Assembly (NCBI GenBank): GCA_964016885.1
Contig: OZ024750.1
Location: forward strand, 40,796,001-40,860,000
Direction of reading: 5' to 3'
Length of the DNA: 64,000 bases
From: Eledone cirrhosa
Lineage: Eukaryota
Shown here: piece by piece, positions 26,717 through 46,722 of the stretch
Position numbering within the stretch: the stretch's first letter is position 1
Layout of the letters: each line of letters begins with the position of its first letter
The notes under the pieces: generated by a model
The model's database searches: none
Seen by the model: the letters and a program-made list of their open reading frames with translations, nothing else
What the model was told of the DNA's origin: nothing
Made by a program: the position numbers and the translations under genes

Positions 26717-27890
26717 TCATCATCATCAGGTTTAGCGTCCGTGTTCCACGCTTGCATGGGTTTGGACGGGGGTTTTCCCACTTGAGGCAAGAATGGTTGT
26801 CTTGCTCGCATAGGACTGTCTGGCGGGTTTTCTACAGTTGGATGCCCTTCCTAACACCAACCACATTTACAGTGTGGGGCTGGGAGGTTTTTACCGTGTT
26901 GCCTACACGGCCACATTACAGCGTGGACTGTCTGGCGGGTTTTCTACAGCTGGATGCCCTTCCTAACACCAACCACATTTACAGTGTGGGGCTGGGAGGT
27001 TTTTACCGTGTTGCCTACACGGCCACATTTACAGCGTGGACTGTGTGTTTTTTTGTCGTGACACCTACACGATCTCATTTGTTTCGGCCTGGATGTTGTG
27101 GGACCAACATAACTTTACATTGAAAGGGGCGGTGTGGTTGGGGTGGAGGTGGTGGGACGGGGGGGGGGGGGGTTTGATAGAGATGCCTACTGACTGTAGT
27201 AGGTTTTTACTTTGTATTTAGGTAAGGCGGGTCTTCTCTATTACTGAGTACCGCCAAAGGTCTCGGTCCAGTGACATTGTCTTGGAGAGGTGTAAGCGTG
27301 TGAGGTCGGAATTTATCAGCTCGTCCCATGTTTTTCTGGGTCTGCCTACTCCGTGGCTACCGTCTATCTTTATTACCCTGCACTTTGTTATACAGCTGTT
27401 GTCTTTCATGCGCATCACGTGACCGTACCAACGTAGCCTTCTCTCGAGTAAACAACATCTGATCCCTCTTATTTCTAATTTTTTCCTTAGTTCGTTTATG
27501 CTTTGCCGTTCACGTATATTACTATTGCACATCCAGCGGAGCATGCAAGCTTCGTTCCTCTCTAGTCTGCGTATATCCTCTGCACACAATGCCCAGGTCT
27601 CACTGTCATGCAGCATTGCTGTTCGTATGCAGGCATCGTATAACCTGCCTTTCATTTTTAGGGAGAACCCTCTAGCGGCTAATAGTGGTATAAGCTCTCT
27701 GAACTTTTTCCATCCAGTTCTGACTCTAGCTACTGTACTTTCAGAGCACCCTCCCCCACTGCTGATTTTGTCACCCAGGTAACGGAAGCTGTCCACTATT
27801 TCTATAGAACCCTCTGCGCAGTTGAAGGAGCTAGTATTTTGTGGGCACTTGCTGCTACTTATTGCACCAGAGCACCGGCCACATGTAAAA
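26717..27890 (-). mobile_element. 5'-truncated RTE LINE (same subfamily as 16374-18300) with a complete 3'UTR and (ATG)n tail
   Basis: ORF 27218-27890 is near-identical to the C-terminus of the 621-aa ORF. The 3'UTR contains a tandem duplication of about 112 bp. Confidence 0.93.
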
Positions 27891-27902
27891 TATGTGTATA
27901 TA

Positions 27903-27933
<31 letters not shown>

Positions 27934-27934
27934 T

Positions 27935-28309
27935 AATGTATATATAGTGTATTTTGCAATACACTGTATGCTTAATTAAAAGCATTTCGAAGACCTTACG
28001 CTATTGTTTTAGAGTAGTGACAGTCTCACTTACTTTAAATTTTCAGCAAACAGGGGAGATAAAGCTGACAGAGCTCTGTTTGGCACTTTTTGGTGCTTAT
28101 CAAAGCTAACTACTCCTCCTGTTTGCTGAAAATCATGAATGTTTGATTCTCATAGAATTCTAGTAATAATCAGGAACTGATTATACAGAGCGGTTGCTGT
28201 CAAGCAAAAATTGAAAATTAGAATTGGTGTTCTGAAATGGCGATATATATATGAATGTATATATAGTGTATTTTGCAATACACTGTATGCTTAATTAAAA
28301 GCATTTCGA
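27935..28309 (-). mobile_element. 319-bp unit bounded by identical 56-bp direct repeats, containing a hammerhead-like fold (retrozyme/Penelope pLTR-like)
   Basis: Repeats at 27935-27990 and 28254-28309. Minus-strand fold at 28040-28132. Confidence 0.65.
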
Positions 28310-28351
28310 TATATATATATATATATATTTATATATATGTATATATATATA

Positions 28352-28670
28352 ATCATCATCATCATCATTTTATGTCAGCTTTTCCCTGCTTGCAAGGGTG
28401 GGACTGGAACTGATTCTGGCTTGATTTCTACAGCTGGATGCCCTTCCTAACACCAACCTCATTTACAGTGAGTGCTGGGTGCTTTTTTTCCGTGGTGCCT
28501 ACACGTCCATTTTGCAGTGGAATGATATGGACCCCAGTCCCTATCATCTCATTTCTACAGCTGAGTAAACTGGAGCAATGTGAAATAAAGTGTCTTGCTC
28601 AAGGAAATAACACATCACCCGGTCCGAGAATTGAACTCACAAGCCCAATACTCTAACCACTAAGCCATGT
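28352..28670 (-). mobile_element. Family A SINE
   Basis: Same A/B boxes, core and (ATG)n tail. Confidence 0.88.
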
Positions 28671-28887
28671 GTGTGTGTGTATACATATGTATGTATGTAT
28701 GTGTGTGTAGACATGTGTGTTTGTGTAGACATATGTATGTATGTGTGTGTGTGTATACATATGTATGTAGGTCTGTGTGTGTGTATACATATATATGTAT
28801 GTGTGTATATATATATATGTATGTGTATGTGTGTGTATATACATATATATGCATATGTATGTGTGTGTGTGTGTATACATATATATG

Positions 28888-28936
<49 letters not shown>

Positions 28937-29124
28937 GTGTGTGTATACATATGTGTGTGTGTGTGTATACATATATATGCATGTGTGTGTGTGTGTATAC
29001 ATATATATGCATGTGTGTGTGTACATATATATGTATGTTTTTGGTGTGTGTTTTTCTTGTCTGTATTTATGGTAGATGGTCAGCCATTGTGGGCAGTCAT
29101 CAGAAACTCCACACTCGGTTTAAC

Positions 29125-31245
29125 ACAACACACCACCACATTACTACACACCACTACACACCACCACCACATTACTACACACCACCATCACACTACTACA
29201 CTCCACACCACCACCACACTACCACCACTCCACACTACTTCACCACCACCACCAACAGACTACTACACACTACCACCACCACACCACTACACTCCACACC
29301 ACCACCACACCACCACACTACACCACACCACCACCACCGCACTACCACACGACGACCACACTACACCACCACCACCACCGCACTACCACACCACCACCAC
29401 AGTACACCACCACCACACTACACCACCACCAGCACACTACACCACCACCACCACACTACCACACCACCCACCAGCACACTACCACACCACCACCACACTA
29501 CACCACCACCACTACCACATTACACCACCACCACACTACACCACCACCAGCACACTACACCACCACCACCACACTACCACACCACCACCAGCACACTACA
29601 CCACCACCAGCACACTACACACCACCACACTACACTACCACCACACTACACCACCACCACCACACTACCACACCACCACCAGCACACTACACCACCACCA
29701 GCACACTACACCACCACCAGCACACTACACACCACCACACTACACTACCACCACCACACTACACCACCACCACCACCAGCACACTACACCACCACCACAC
29801 TACACTATCACCACCACACTACCACATTACACCACCAGCACACTATACCACCACCACACTACACTACCACCACCACACTACACCACCACCACCACACTAC
29901 CACACCACCACCAGCACACTACACCACCACCAGCACACTACACCACCACCACACTACACTACCACCACCACACTACACCAACACCACCACACTACCACAT
30001 AACACCACCAGCACACTACACCACCACCACACTACACTACCACCACCACACTACACCACCACCACCACACTACACCACCACCACCACACTACCACATAAC
30101 ACCACCAGCACACTACACCACCACCACACTACACTACCACCACCACACTACACCACCACCACCACACTACCACACCACCACCACACTACACCACCACCAC
30201 ACTACACCACCACCACCACACTACACCACCACCACACTACACCAACACCACCACACTACCACACCACCACCACCACACTATACCACCACCACCACACTAC
30301 CACACCACCACACTATACCACCACCACCACACTACACTACCACCACCACACTACACCACCACCACCACACTACCACATTACACCACCAGCACACTACACC
30401 ACCACCACCACACTACACCACCACCACATTACACCACCACCACCACACNNNNNNNNNNNNNNNNNNNNNNNNNNNNNNNNNNNNNNNNNNNNNNNNNNNN
30501 NNNNNNNNNNNNNNNNNNNNNNNNNNNNNNNNNNNNNNNNNNNNNNNNNNNNNNNNNNNNNNNNNNNNNNNNNNNNNNNNNNNNNNNNNNNNNNNNNNNN
30601 NNNNNNNNNNNNNNNNNNNNNNNNNNNNNNNNNNNNNNNNNNNNNNNNACCACCACACTACACCACCACCACCACACTACACCACCACCACACTACACCA
30701 CCACCACCACACTACACCAACACCACCACACTACCACACCACCACCACCACACTATACCACCACCGCCACACTACACCACCACCACCACACTACACCAAC
30801 ACCACCACACTACACCAACACCACCACACTACACCAACACCACCACACTACACCACCACCACCACACTACCACACCACCACCACCACACTATACCACCAC
30901 CACACCACACTACACCACCACCACCACACTACACCACCACACTGCACCACACCACACTACACACCACCACCACACTATACCACCACCACCACCACACTAC
31001 ACCACCACCACCACACTACACCACCACCACCACACTACACCACCACACTGCACCACACCACACTACACACCACCACCACACTATACCACCACCACCACCA
31101 CACTACACCACCACCACGACACTACACCACCACCACCACACTACACCACCACACTGCACCACACCACACTACACACCACCACCACACTATACCACCACCA
31201 CCACCACACTACACCACACTACCCCCCTCCCTCCCCCACACCACT
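29125..31245. repeat. (CAC)n/CACTA compound repeat
   Basis: Directly visible. Confidence 0.95.
30449..30648. other. Assembly gap, 200 N
   Basis: Run of N inside the CAC repeat. Confidence 0.99.
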
Positions 31246-31339
31246 AGTATCAACATAGACTAAACTTCATCCAAGTAAACATCTTTCTGTTGGTGACTGT
31301 CAAAGCTGTGTAGATATAACTCTACATGTAACAGCAATA

Positions 31340-34489
<3,150 letters not shown>

Positions 34490-34490
<1 letters not shown>

Positions 34491-35100
34491 ATGGTGGCTG
34501 CCAACTCGTTTTCGAGTACGGCCACTACTTTATATCCATGTAGGAGAACCCCTACCGATGCGCTGAACGAATGTGACTTTTTAGTCCAGCCAACGACTTG
34601 AAAACTCTGGTACAAAGACTACACTTGTGACCATTATTGACACATAGTGCAGGGCCCATGGTACCATGTGATGACAAGTGCAGAGAGATCTCCAGATATA
34701 AAGCAATGCCTGTGCTGTGAAGCTTTTATAGTGAGCAAAGGCACTGCACAAAGCCAGTCCCACTCTCTTAACCAAGATGATATTTACCAAAAGAAGAACA
34801 AGTCAACATCATTGGATACCATCAGGGTTGCAGGTGTTATATCAGAGTTTTCCTTCTCCTAGAATTCTGCCTTGATAAAGGCTAAGGGGTCATCTCTCCC
34901 GGTGATTTTGGATGGCTATTGAGTCTTAAGAGCTCCCTTGCCCTTTGACAGGTTTTGTTTTTAGTCCTGCAGGATGTCCAAAGTCACCCTCCTCACCAAG
35001 AAACCTTGGTGGGGTTGCCAGTTTAGTCGCCAACGACCCGACCATGAGACAGGTTGTACTGGGATACATGTTACCAGTAGCACCAACTGGTGACCTGACA
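34490..35100 (-). mobile_element. Non-autonomous bipartite RTE derivative (RTE 5'UTR joined to the ORF 3' end with a C2H2 finger remnant), about 610 bp
   Basis: Minus strand contains aggagaaggaaaactctgat (RTE 5'UTR-type motif). The 3' part encodes [25 protein letters not shown]. Further copies occur in the window. Confidence 0.7.
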
Positions 35101-38519
<3,419 letters not shown>

Positions 38520-38520
<1 letters not shown>

Positions 38521-38760
38521 GCACCCAGCCCACACTGTAAAGTGGACGTGTAGGCGCCACGAAAAAGCACCCAGCACTCACTGTAAATGAGGTTGGTGTT
38601 AGGAAGGGCATCCAGCTGTAGAAATCAAGCCAGATCAGTTCCTGTATGAGCAAGGCATGGTCAGCCGACCAGACACTGCCCACAACAGGACAACCCGTCT
38701 AACCCATGCTAGCGTGGAAGAACGGACGTAAAACGGTGATGATGATGATGATGATGATGA
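38520..38760 (+). mobile_element. RTE 3'UTR fragment with (ATG)n tail
   Basis: Near-exact reverse complement of 61696-61933. Confidence 0.88.
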
Positions 38761-38800
38761 TATATATATTTATATATATATATTTATATATATAATATTT

Positions 38801-38914
38801 CTGAGGAAGGGCTTATGCCCGAAACGTCGTTCACCACCCCACTCTCCAGAGCGTGAAATTAATAAACATTCGTTGTACTGCCTCTCTGTTTTGTTCCTGT
38901 TCAAATTTTTCCAT

Positions 38915-38915
<1 letters not shown>
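38801..38915 (+). ncRNA. Minimal Penelope-type hammerhead core plus pLTR tail fragment
   Basis: CTGAGGA-A-GGGC-ttat-GCCC-GAA-AC/GT-C (38801-38828) with palindromic ACGT helix III. AATAAA lies downstream. Confidence 0.75.
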
Positions 38916-38993
<78 letters not shown>

Positions 38994-39312
38994 ATATATA
39001 TATATATAATATTTATATATATATATAATATATATATATAATATATATATATAATATATATAGTAATAATAATAAATTTGAAGACTAAAATCCAAAGAGG
39101 GCTCGATAAGGATAAATATATATCAAATATATAAGAACCATATATATATATATATATATAATATATATATATATATATAGTTATGTATTACATAACTATT
39201 AAGCTCTATTACCTACATAGAGCACTCTTTTTTCCTGGACTTTTCCGACGGAATTACTTCATTTATATATATATATATATATAATATATATATATATATA
39301 TTATATATATAA

Positions 39313-39476
39313 TCATCATCATCATCATCATCGTTTAACGTCCATCTTCCACGCTTGCATGGGTTTGGACGGGAGTTTTCCCACTTGAGGCAAGAGTGGT
39401 TGTCTTGTTTGCATAGGACTGTCTGGCGGGTTTTCTACGGCTGGATGCCCTTCCTAACACCGACCACGTTTACAGA
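39313..39476 (-). mobile_element. RTE 3' tail fragment
   Basis: Matches 26717-26872. Confidence 0.85.
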
Positions 39477-39546
39477 TATATATGTGTGTGTTTGTGGTTT
39501 CATAGTTGCACATGTGTCTATGTGTGTCTAATTATGTTTGTACAGT

Positions 39547-39644
<98 letters not shown>

Positions 39645-40291
39645 TATATATATGTCTATATATATATATATATATATATATGTTAGCTAATGAAAATATT
39701 TGTAAAGCCACCCAGGAAGTACTATATCGTAGTATGTGCTAGTATGTGCTACATGTATGCACTAGTATGTGCTACATGTATGCACTAGTATGTGCTACAT
39801 GTATGTGCTACATGAACCTCCATTGCTAATACCCACCAATATTTCACAATTACTCTCCTAACTTTCTCCTATATCTGATTAAACCGACTCCAAAGTTTTA
39901 CATGTCGCTGTCATACATATTTCTTTTTTCACTGTTGTTGCTTTACTTTTGCTTTTTATTCATCCATCTTTTATTCTGCTGGAATCCAACAAGTCACCCT
40001 CTAACAATCACTCAGCTTCAGACAATTTTAGTTTATTTTTCTTTTTTATTTTACTTATTTTTATTTTTATTTTTATTTTTATTTTTATTTTTCTTCTTTT
40101 TCTTTTTCTTTTTATTTTTCTTTTTATTTTTCCTTTTCCTTTTCCTTTTCTTTTTCTTTTTCTTTCTCTTTTTTTTCTTTTTTTGTTTCTTCCGTTTTTG
40201 TTATTTTATATTTTCTGCTTGGTCAGGGAGAAAGGGGTGCCAACCGTGACCTTTGCTAAGGCCTCCAAAGTTAGAGCAAGAACCCCTCCCC

Positions 40292-41718
40292 CGTCACCAC
40301 CGTCGCCATCATTATCATCATCATCACCACCATCATCATCAACACCACCATCGTCACCACGAACATCACCATCACCATCATCATCATCGTCATAATCACC
40401 ATCAACACCACCACCGTCACCACAAACATCACCATCATCATCATCATCATCATCATCATTAACATCACCATCACCCACATCATCACCACCATCATCATCA
40501 ACACCACCATCGTCACCACGAACATCACCATCATCATCATCATCATCATCATTAACATCACCATTATCATCATCACCAGCACCATCATCATTATTATCAT
40601 TGTCATCATCATTGTCATCATCATCATCAACAACACCACCAAAACCACCATTACCATCACCAGCAGCAACATCATCGTACGCATCGGTTCTATCATCATC
40701 ATCTTCTCCACCACCGCCATCACCATCATCGCCACCACCATCATCAGCACCTTCACCACCATCACCACCACCACCACCACCATCACTACCACCACCACCA
40801 CCACCACCATCACCACCATCGCCACCACAACCACTACCACCACTACCACCACCATCACCACCACCACCACCATAACCACTACCACCACTACCATCACCAT
40901 CACTATCACCTCCACCACCACTACCACCACTACCATCACTATCACCACCACCACCATCATTATCACCACCACCACCATCACCACCATCACCACCACCACC
41001 ACAACCACTACCACCATAACCATCACTACCACCATCACCATCACTACCACCATCACCACCACTACCACCATCACTACCACCACCATCACCACCACCACCA
41101 CCTCCATCACCACCACCACCACTACCACCATCATTATCACCACCACTACCACCACCACCATCACTACCACCATCACCACCACTACCACCATCACTACCAC
41201 CACCATCACCACCACCACCATCACCACCACAACTACCATAACCACTACCACCACCACCATCACTACCACCATCACCACCACTACCACCATCACCACCACC
41301 ACCATCACCACCACAACTACCATAACCACTACCACCACCACCATCACTACCACCATCACCACCACTACCACCATCACCACCACCACCACCTCCATCACCA
41401 CCACCACCACTACCACCATCATTATCACCACCACTACCACCACCACCATCACTACCACCATCACCACCACTACCACCATCACCACCACTACCACCATCAC
41501 TACCACCACCATCACCACCACCACCATCACCACCACAACTACCATAACCACTACCACCACCACCATCACTACCACCATCACCACCACTACCACCATCACC
41601 ACCACCACCATCACCACCACAACCACCATAACCACTACCATCACCACCAGCACCACTACCACCATCACTACCACCAACACTACCACCACCACCAACATCA
41701 CTACCACCACCACCACCA
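40292..41718. repeat. (CAT)n/(CAC)n compound trinucleotide repeat
   Basis: Directly visible. Confidence 0.95.
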
Positions 41719-41907
41719 TGCTAGCATGATATAGATCATCACAGTCCAAACTAAACTGATCAGGGAAACATGGCTTGCTCATATATTTCATATTTTGGAA
41801 TGATTTCTATGGCAACGCTGCCAATCTTGTTCTCAACACAACAATTACATTAAGTCAACATTTAGACATTTGTGGTAACATTCAAAATATTCCCTTTTTA
41901 TAAATGT

Positions 41908-42015
41908 TTAACCCTTTAGCATTTAAACCAGTCATATTTGGCCAGAATTCTCTCACCTCTTTCTGTTTAAACCAGCCATAACCAGCTACTCATATTTATG
42001 TTAAGGTATTGTTCC
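41908..42015 (+). mobile_element. Left arm of a TTAA-CCC (piggyBac-like) MITE; inverted counterpart at 45511-45592
   Basis: Starts ttaaccctttagc. ggccagaattctctcacct.tttctgtttaaacc and ttaaggtattgttc are present in inverted orientation at 45511-45592. Confidence 0.6.
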
Positions 42016-42131
42016 TTTGCTCTAGGGTTCTTATATTTTGATATATATTTATCCTTATCAAGCCTTGTGAAATAAATATGTTTGTTTATATTTTGTTATT
42101 GTGTATGCAAAAATATCTGTACATGAATATA

Positions 42132-42169
<38 letters not shown>

Positions 42170-42171
42170 TA

Positions 42172-42247
42172 ACAGATTAAAGTTTAAGCAAAGAATCGCT
42201 GCTTTCACCCTTAACGGGATCTTCTGAAACTAAAAAAATCAATCTGT
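42172..42247 (-). ncRNA. Type I hammerhead-like motif (U4A substitution)
   Basis: Minus strand: agttt CAGAAGA t ccc-gttaa-ggg t GAA agca..tgct T aaact, distal stem acagatt/aatctgt. Confidence 0.6.
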
Positions 42248-42414
42248 GAACGCAGAAGTAAATATTTTGAAAAATATTACACACTATATATATATATACA
42301 CACACACTATATATACATATATATACACACACACACACACATATAGCATCATAATGTCATAATGCAGACAGCCAGACATACAGACATATATTATAAGGGC
42401 GCAACATTATATCT

Positions 42415-42610
42415 ATGTATCTATCTAAAAAGAAAGACTAAGAATTATAGAGAGATCGCTAAATCGCCTATGGCGGTCCCTAATTTGAAATATCTTTTGC
42501 TCAAAACACTCACAGGACCATAAGTATTACATGTGTAAAGTTGGTTTTGTGGTTCTCGAGTTTTAGGGAGTCAGACAGACAGACATTCTCTGTTTTAGAT
42601 ATATAGATGA
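42415..42610 (+). mobile_element. Possible non-autonomous Helitron/Helentron-like fragment
   Basis: Ends with cagacagacagacattctctgttttagatatatagat, an architecture typical of such elements. No coding evidence. Confidence 0.35.
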
Positions 42611-42717
42611 TGTAGTATAGACTTGCAGTCATTTTATTATCTTATACACAGAAGATTCCCTGTACTTCAATAGTTCATTAGTTAACTTTTCCTTTTTCCT
42701 GTGTACATCTGAACTAA

Positions 42718-44235
42718 TAGGTGTATATGGAGGTGTGACAGTCTTAGCATCTGTTACACCTGACATTTTGGAGGTAAAGGTAGGTGTATATATGGAGGTG
42801 TGACAGTCTTAGCATCTGTTACACCTGACATTTTGGAGGTAAAGGTAGGTATATATATGGAGGTGTGACAGACTTAGCATGTCACACCTGACATGTTGGA
42901 GGTAAATGTAGGTGTATATGGAAGTGTGACTGTCTTAGCATGTTACACCTGACATGTTGGAGGTAAATGTAGGTGTATATGGAAGTGTGACAGTCTTAGC
43001 ATGTTACACCTGACATGTTGGAGGTAAATGTAGGTGTATATGGAAGTGTGACAGTCTTAGCATGTCACACCTGACATGTTGGAGGTAAATGTAGGTATAT
43101 ATGGAGGTGTGACAGTCTTAGCATGTTACACCTGACATGTTGGAGGTAAAGGTAGGTGTATAGGAGGTGTGACAGTCTTAGCATGTTACACCTGACATGT
43201 TGGAGGTAAATGTAGGTGTATATGGAAGTGTGACAGTCTTAGCATGTTACACCTGACATGTTGGAGGTAAATGTAGGTGTATATGGAAGTGTGACAGTCT
43301 TAGCATGTTACATCTGACATGTTGGAGGTAAATGTAGGTGTATATGGAGGTGTGACAGTCTTAGCATGTTATACCTGACATGTTGGAGGTAAAGGTAGGT
43401 GTATAGGAGGTGTGACAGTCTTAGCATGTCACACCTGACATGTTGGAGGTAAATGTAGGTGTATATGGAAGTGTGACTGTCTTAGCATGTTACACCTGAC
43501 ATGTTGGAGGTAAAGGTAGGTGTATAGGAGGTGTGACAGTCTTATGTCACACCTGACATGTTGGAGGTAAATGTAGGTGTATATGGACTGTCTTAGCATG
43601 TTATACCTGACATGTTGGAGGTAAATGTAGGTGTATATGGAAGTGTGACAGTCTTATGTCACACCTGACATGCTGGAGGTAAAGGTAGGTGTATATATGG
43701 AGGTGTGACAGTCTTAGCATGTTACACCTGACATGTTGGAGGTAAAGGTAGGTGTATAGGAGGTGTGACAGTCTTAGCATGTTACACCTGACATGTTGGA
43801 GGTAAAGGTAGGTGTATAGGAGGTGTGACAGTCTTAGCATGTTACACCTGACATGTTGGAGGTAAAGGTAGGTGTATATGGAAGTGTGACAGTCTTATGT
43901 CACACCTGACATGTTGGAGGTAAATGTAGGTGTATATGGAAGTGTGACTGTCTTAGCATGTTACACCTGACATGTTGGAGGTAAAGGTAGGTGTATAGGA
44001 GGTGTGACAGTCTTATGTCACACCTGACATGCTGGAGGTAAAGGTAGGTGTATATATGGACGTGTGACAGTCTTATGTCACACCTGACATGCTGGAGGTA
44101 AAGGTAGGTGTATATATGGAGGTGTGACAGTCTTAGCATGTTACACCTGACATGTTGGAGGTAAAGGGTGCAAATAGGTGTATATGGAGGTGTGACAGTC
44201 TTAGCATCTGTTACACCTGACATCTTGGAGGTAAA
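42718..44235. repeat. About 61-bp minisatellite (about 25 units) with an internal hairpin GGTGTGACA-N9-TGTYACACC
   Basis: Period seen at 42961/43022. Length variants of about 52-63 bp. Confidence 0.96.
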
Positions 44236-44690
44236 GTTAGTAAATATGTAGAAAGTAGAAGATATATCAATAGAAAGATGATGTTTGAAAGAACTGTAAA
44301 GAGAATTGGTAGAAACAAAAGAAGGAATTGAGGGGAAAAAATAACGAGAAACAAGAAGATGAAAGGGAAACATCTTGATAAGAAAAATGTATAAAAATGG
44401 ATGAAATAACAATCAAGTGAGTGATATGTTATAGAGTGGGTAGAAAAATTGTTTTGTTGTGATGAAGGGGTGGATGGTAGGTGTACTTATATCTGTAAAT
44501 GAGAAATGGTTGGAACAACACAAAAATTGTGATGAGAAATGAAAAAAAATGTAATTTTTGCTCTTAGTTCAAAGTGTTGATCCAAATAAAAAAAGTCTTT
44601 TGATGTGGTTTCTTGAATTTATTTTACTTTCAGACTGATCTCGCTGAAATATTAACCAGGAAACATGCATGCATAAGAAAATTAAAACCT

Positions 44691-45149
44691 TGGCATGTGG
44701 CCTAGTGGTTAGGGTGTGGAATTCACAATTATAGGGTCATAGGTTCAATTCCTGGACTGGGTGATGTGTTGTGTTCTTGAGCAAAATACTTCATTTCCTG
44801 TTGCTCCTTCTGCCAGGAGTTGGAACTGAGAGATAGTATCAGTAACCAAAATACACCCCCGCACCACTACCCCTACCGCCATCTACACCACCCCTTTCGA
44901 TGTAAAGTTATGTTGGTACCACAACATCCAGTCCTAAATAAATGCTGTAATGTGGCCGTGTAGGAAACACGGTAAAAACCTCCCAGTCCACACTGTAAAC
45001 GTGGTTGGTGTTAGGAAGGGCATCCAGCCATAGAAAACCTGCCAGACAGTCCTATATGAGCAAGACAACCACTCTTGCCCCAAGTGGGACAATTCCCGTC
45101 CAAACCCATGCTAGTGTGGAAGATGGACGTTAAACGATGATGATGATGA
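44691..45149 (+). mobile_element. Family A-like SINE with a longer RTE-derived 3' part
   Basis: tggcctagtggt A box, ggttcaattcc B box. 44850-45149 matches the 3'UTR of the RTE at 26717-27180. Confidence 0.85.
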
Positions 45150-46097
45150 ATGGAAGGACTAATGGAAACATTGTTTCCTTGGTCCAATCTGATAATCGGC
45201 CCCTTTTTTCCTATTTTTTGTGGGTTTCTTTACTCACCCCCCCCCCCACCCTGATGATATTTCTAATGAAATACACTGTATTTGAATTAATTAATGAAGA
45301 ACTTGGCGGGGTTCATTCAAATTATTTATTACTTGTTTGTAACATAACTTAACAAAAGCTTCATATGTCAAATTATATTGGAAGATTTTATTTTAATCCT
45401 TTATCATTCACATTACTCTATATTTACGTTTGTATTTTCACAGTAAAGGCTTTATTTCACACAAATATGTCACATGATATTGAATCTATGAGATTTTGAT
45501 ATTATTTTGAGAACAATACCTTAATGTTGGTATGAGCGGACGGTTACAACCGGTTTAAACAGAAAAAGGTGAGAGAATTCTGGCCGGATATACATTTTTT
45601 ATGCTTCTTTGTTATTTATTAAAAGATGAACATTTTTTGAAGTACAGTATATATATATATATATATATACATACATATACACACACATGCATATATATAT
45701 TGTGAAATCTATATTGTGCTGTAATTATCATGCTATCATATATTACAAAATATTCAAAAATCTATGCCAGAATAATAGAAAATAATTCATAAAATTTGTC
45801 TCATTTATGTAAATTACCGAATGTTTAACTTCCATAATCACTCTTATGAATATTAGAAGGCTATAATTAAAGTTTCCTAATTAGCTTTAATTATATTGAC
45901 TTGATTGTAAAGTTCTCACAACACAAGTCTGCACTGAGATAAGCAGGAGAAAAATAAATATGTGTGGCCATGATTTTAACAATATTTTATGTTGTCATAA
46001 ATGAAATAAGAGAAACCGCGCAGGTAATATTTGTTAGATTAACTGGTATCTCTTCCATACAATTGGAGGGGGTGACTTAATTTACACTAAAATAGAT

Positions 46098-46181
46098 TAA
46101 ACTCTTTTGGTACCAAACTGCTTGACCCTGCCCCTGGTTCTTTGATACAAAACTGTTTATTTAAAAGTGTATGTATGTATC

Positions 46182-46248
<67 letters not shown>

Positions 46249-46722
46249 CTGTAACTTCTAGGGGAGTTTTAGGGGCACAGTCGTGACATACAGCATATCT
46301 TGGGTGCTTTAAACCTGGCAGAGCTCATCTCCTCTCCATGTTGGAACACTGCCAATTTCTTTCAGAGGAAATAGAGAGAGAAAGGAAGTGAGAAAGGGAT
46401 ATTGAAGAAGAATCATCCCCAGTATTAGACTGGTACTTTTCTTTGTCAATCTTGAAAGAATGAAAGACAAAGTTGACCTCAGTAGGATTTGAACTCAGAG
46501 AGTACACAGAACAAAAACCAACATCACAAAGCATTCTTTAAATTGTTTATACTTATCTAGAAACCTGCCATAATTTTCTGTAAGAACCTTTAAGTTACAT
46601 TCCAAACACCAGATAAATAATGAGAAAGTTAGATATCCCTCCAAATTCTTTATTATTTTCAAAATTATTTGAAAATTAAAAGTTGTGACTTTCATTAGAA
46701 ATATGGTAGCATAAGGGATAAT
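46098..46722. mobile_element. Decayed TTAA-type MITE interrupted by (TG)n and by a family B-related SINE (46250-46540, minus strand)
   Basis: Ends ttaaactcttttggtacca / tggtagcataagggataa are degenerate inverted termini. SINE B box ggatttgaactc at about 46485. Confidence 0.5.

Noticed and set aside
28667-31258. 863-aa His/Thr/Pro-rich extensin- or mucin-like ORF
   Set aside because: Translation of TG and CAC repeats that spans an N gap, with no unique domain.
40271-41791. Poly-Val/Met and poly-His ORFs
   Set aside because: Trinucleotide repeat artefacts.
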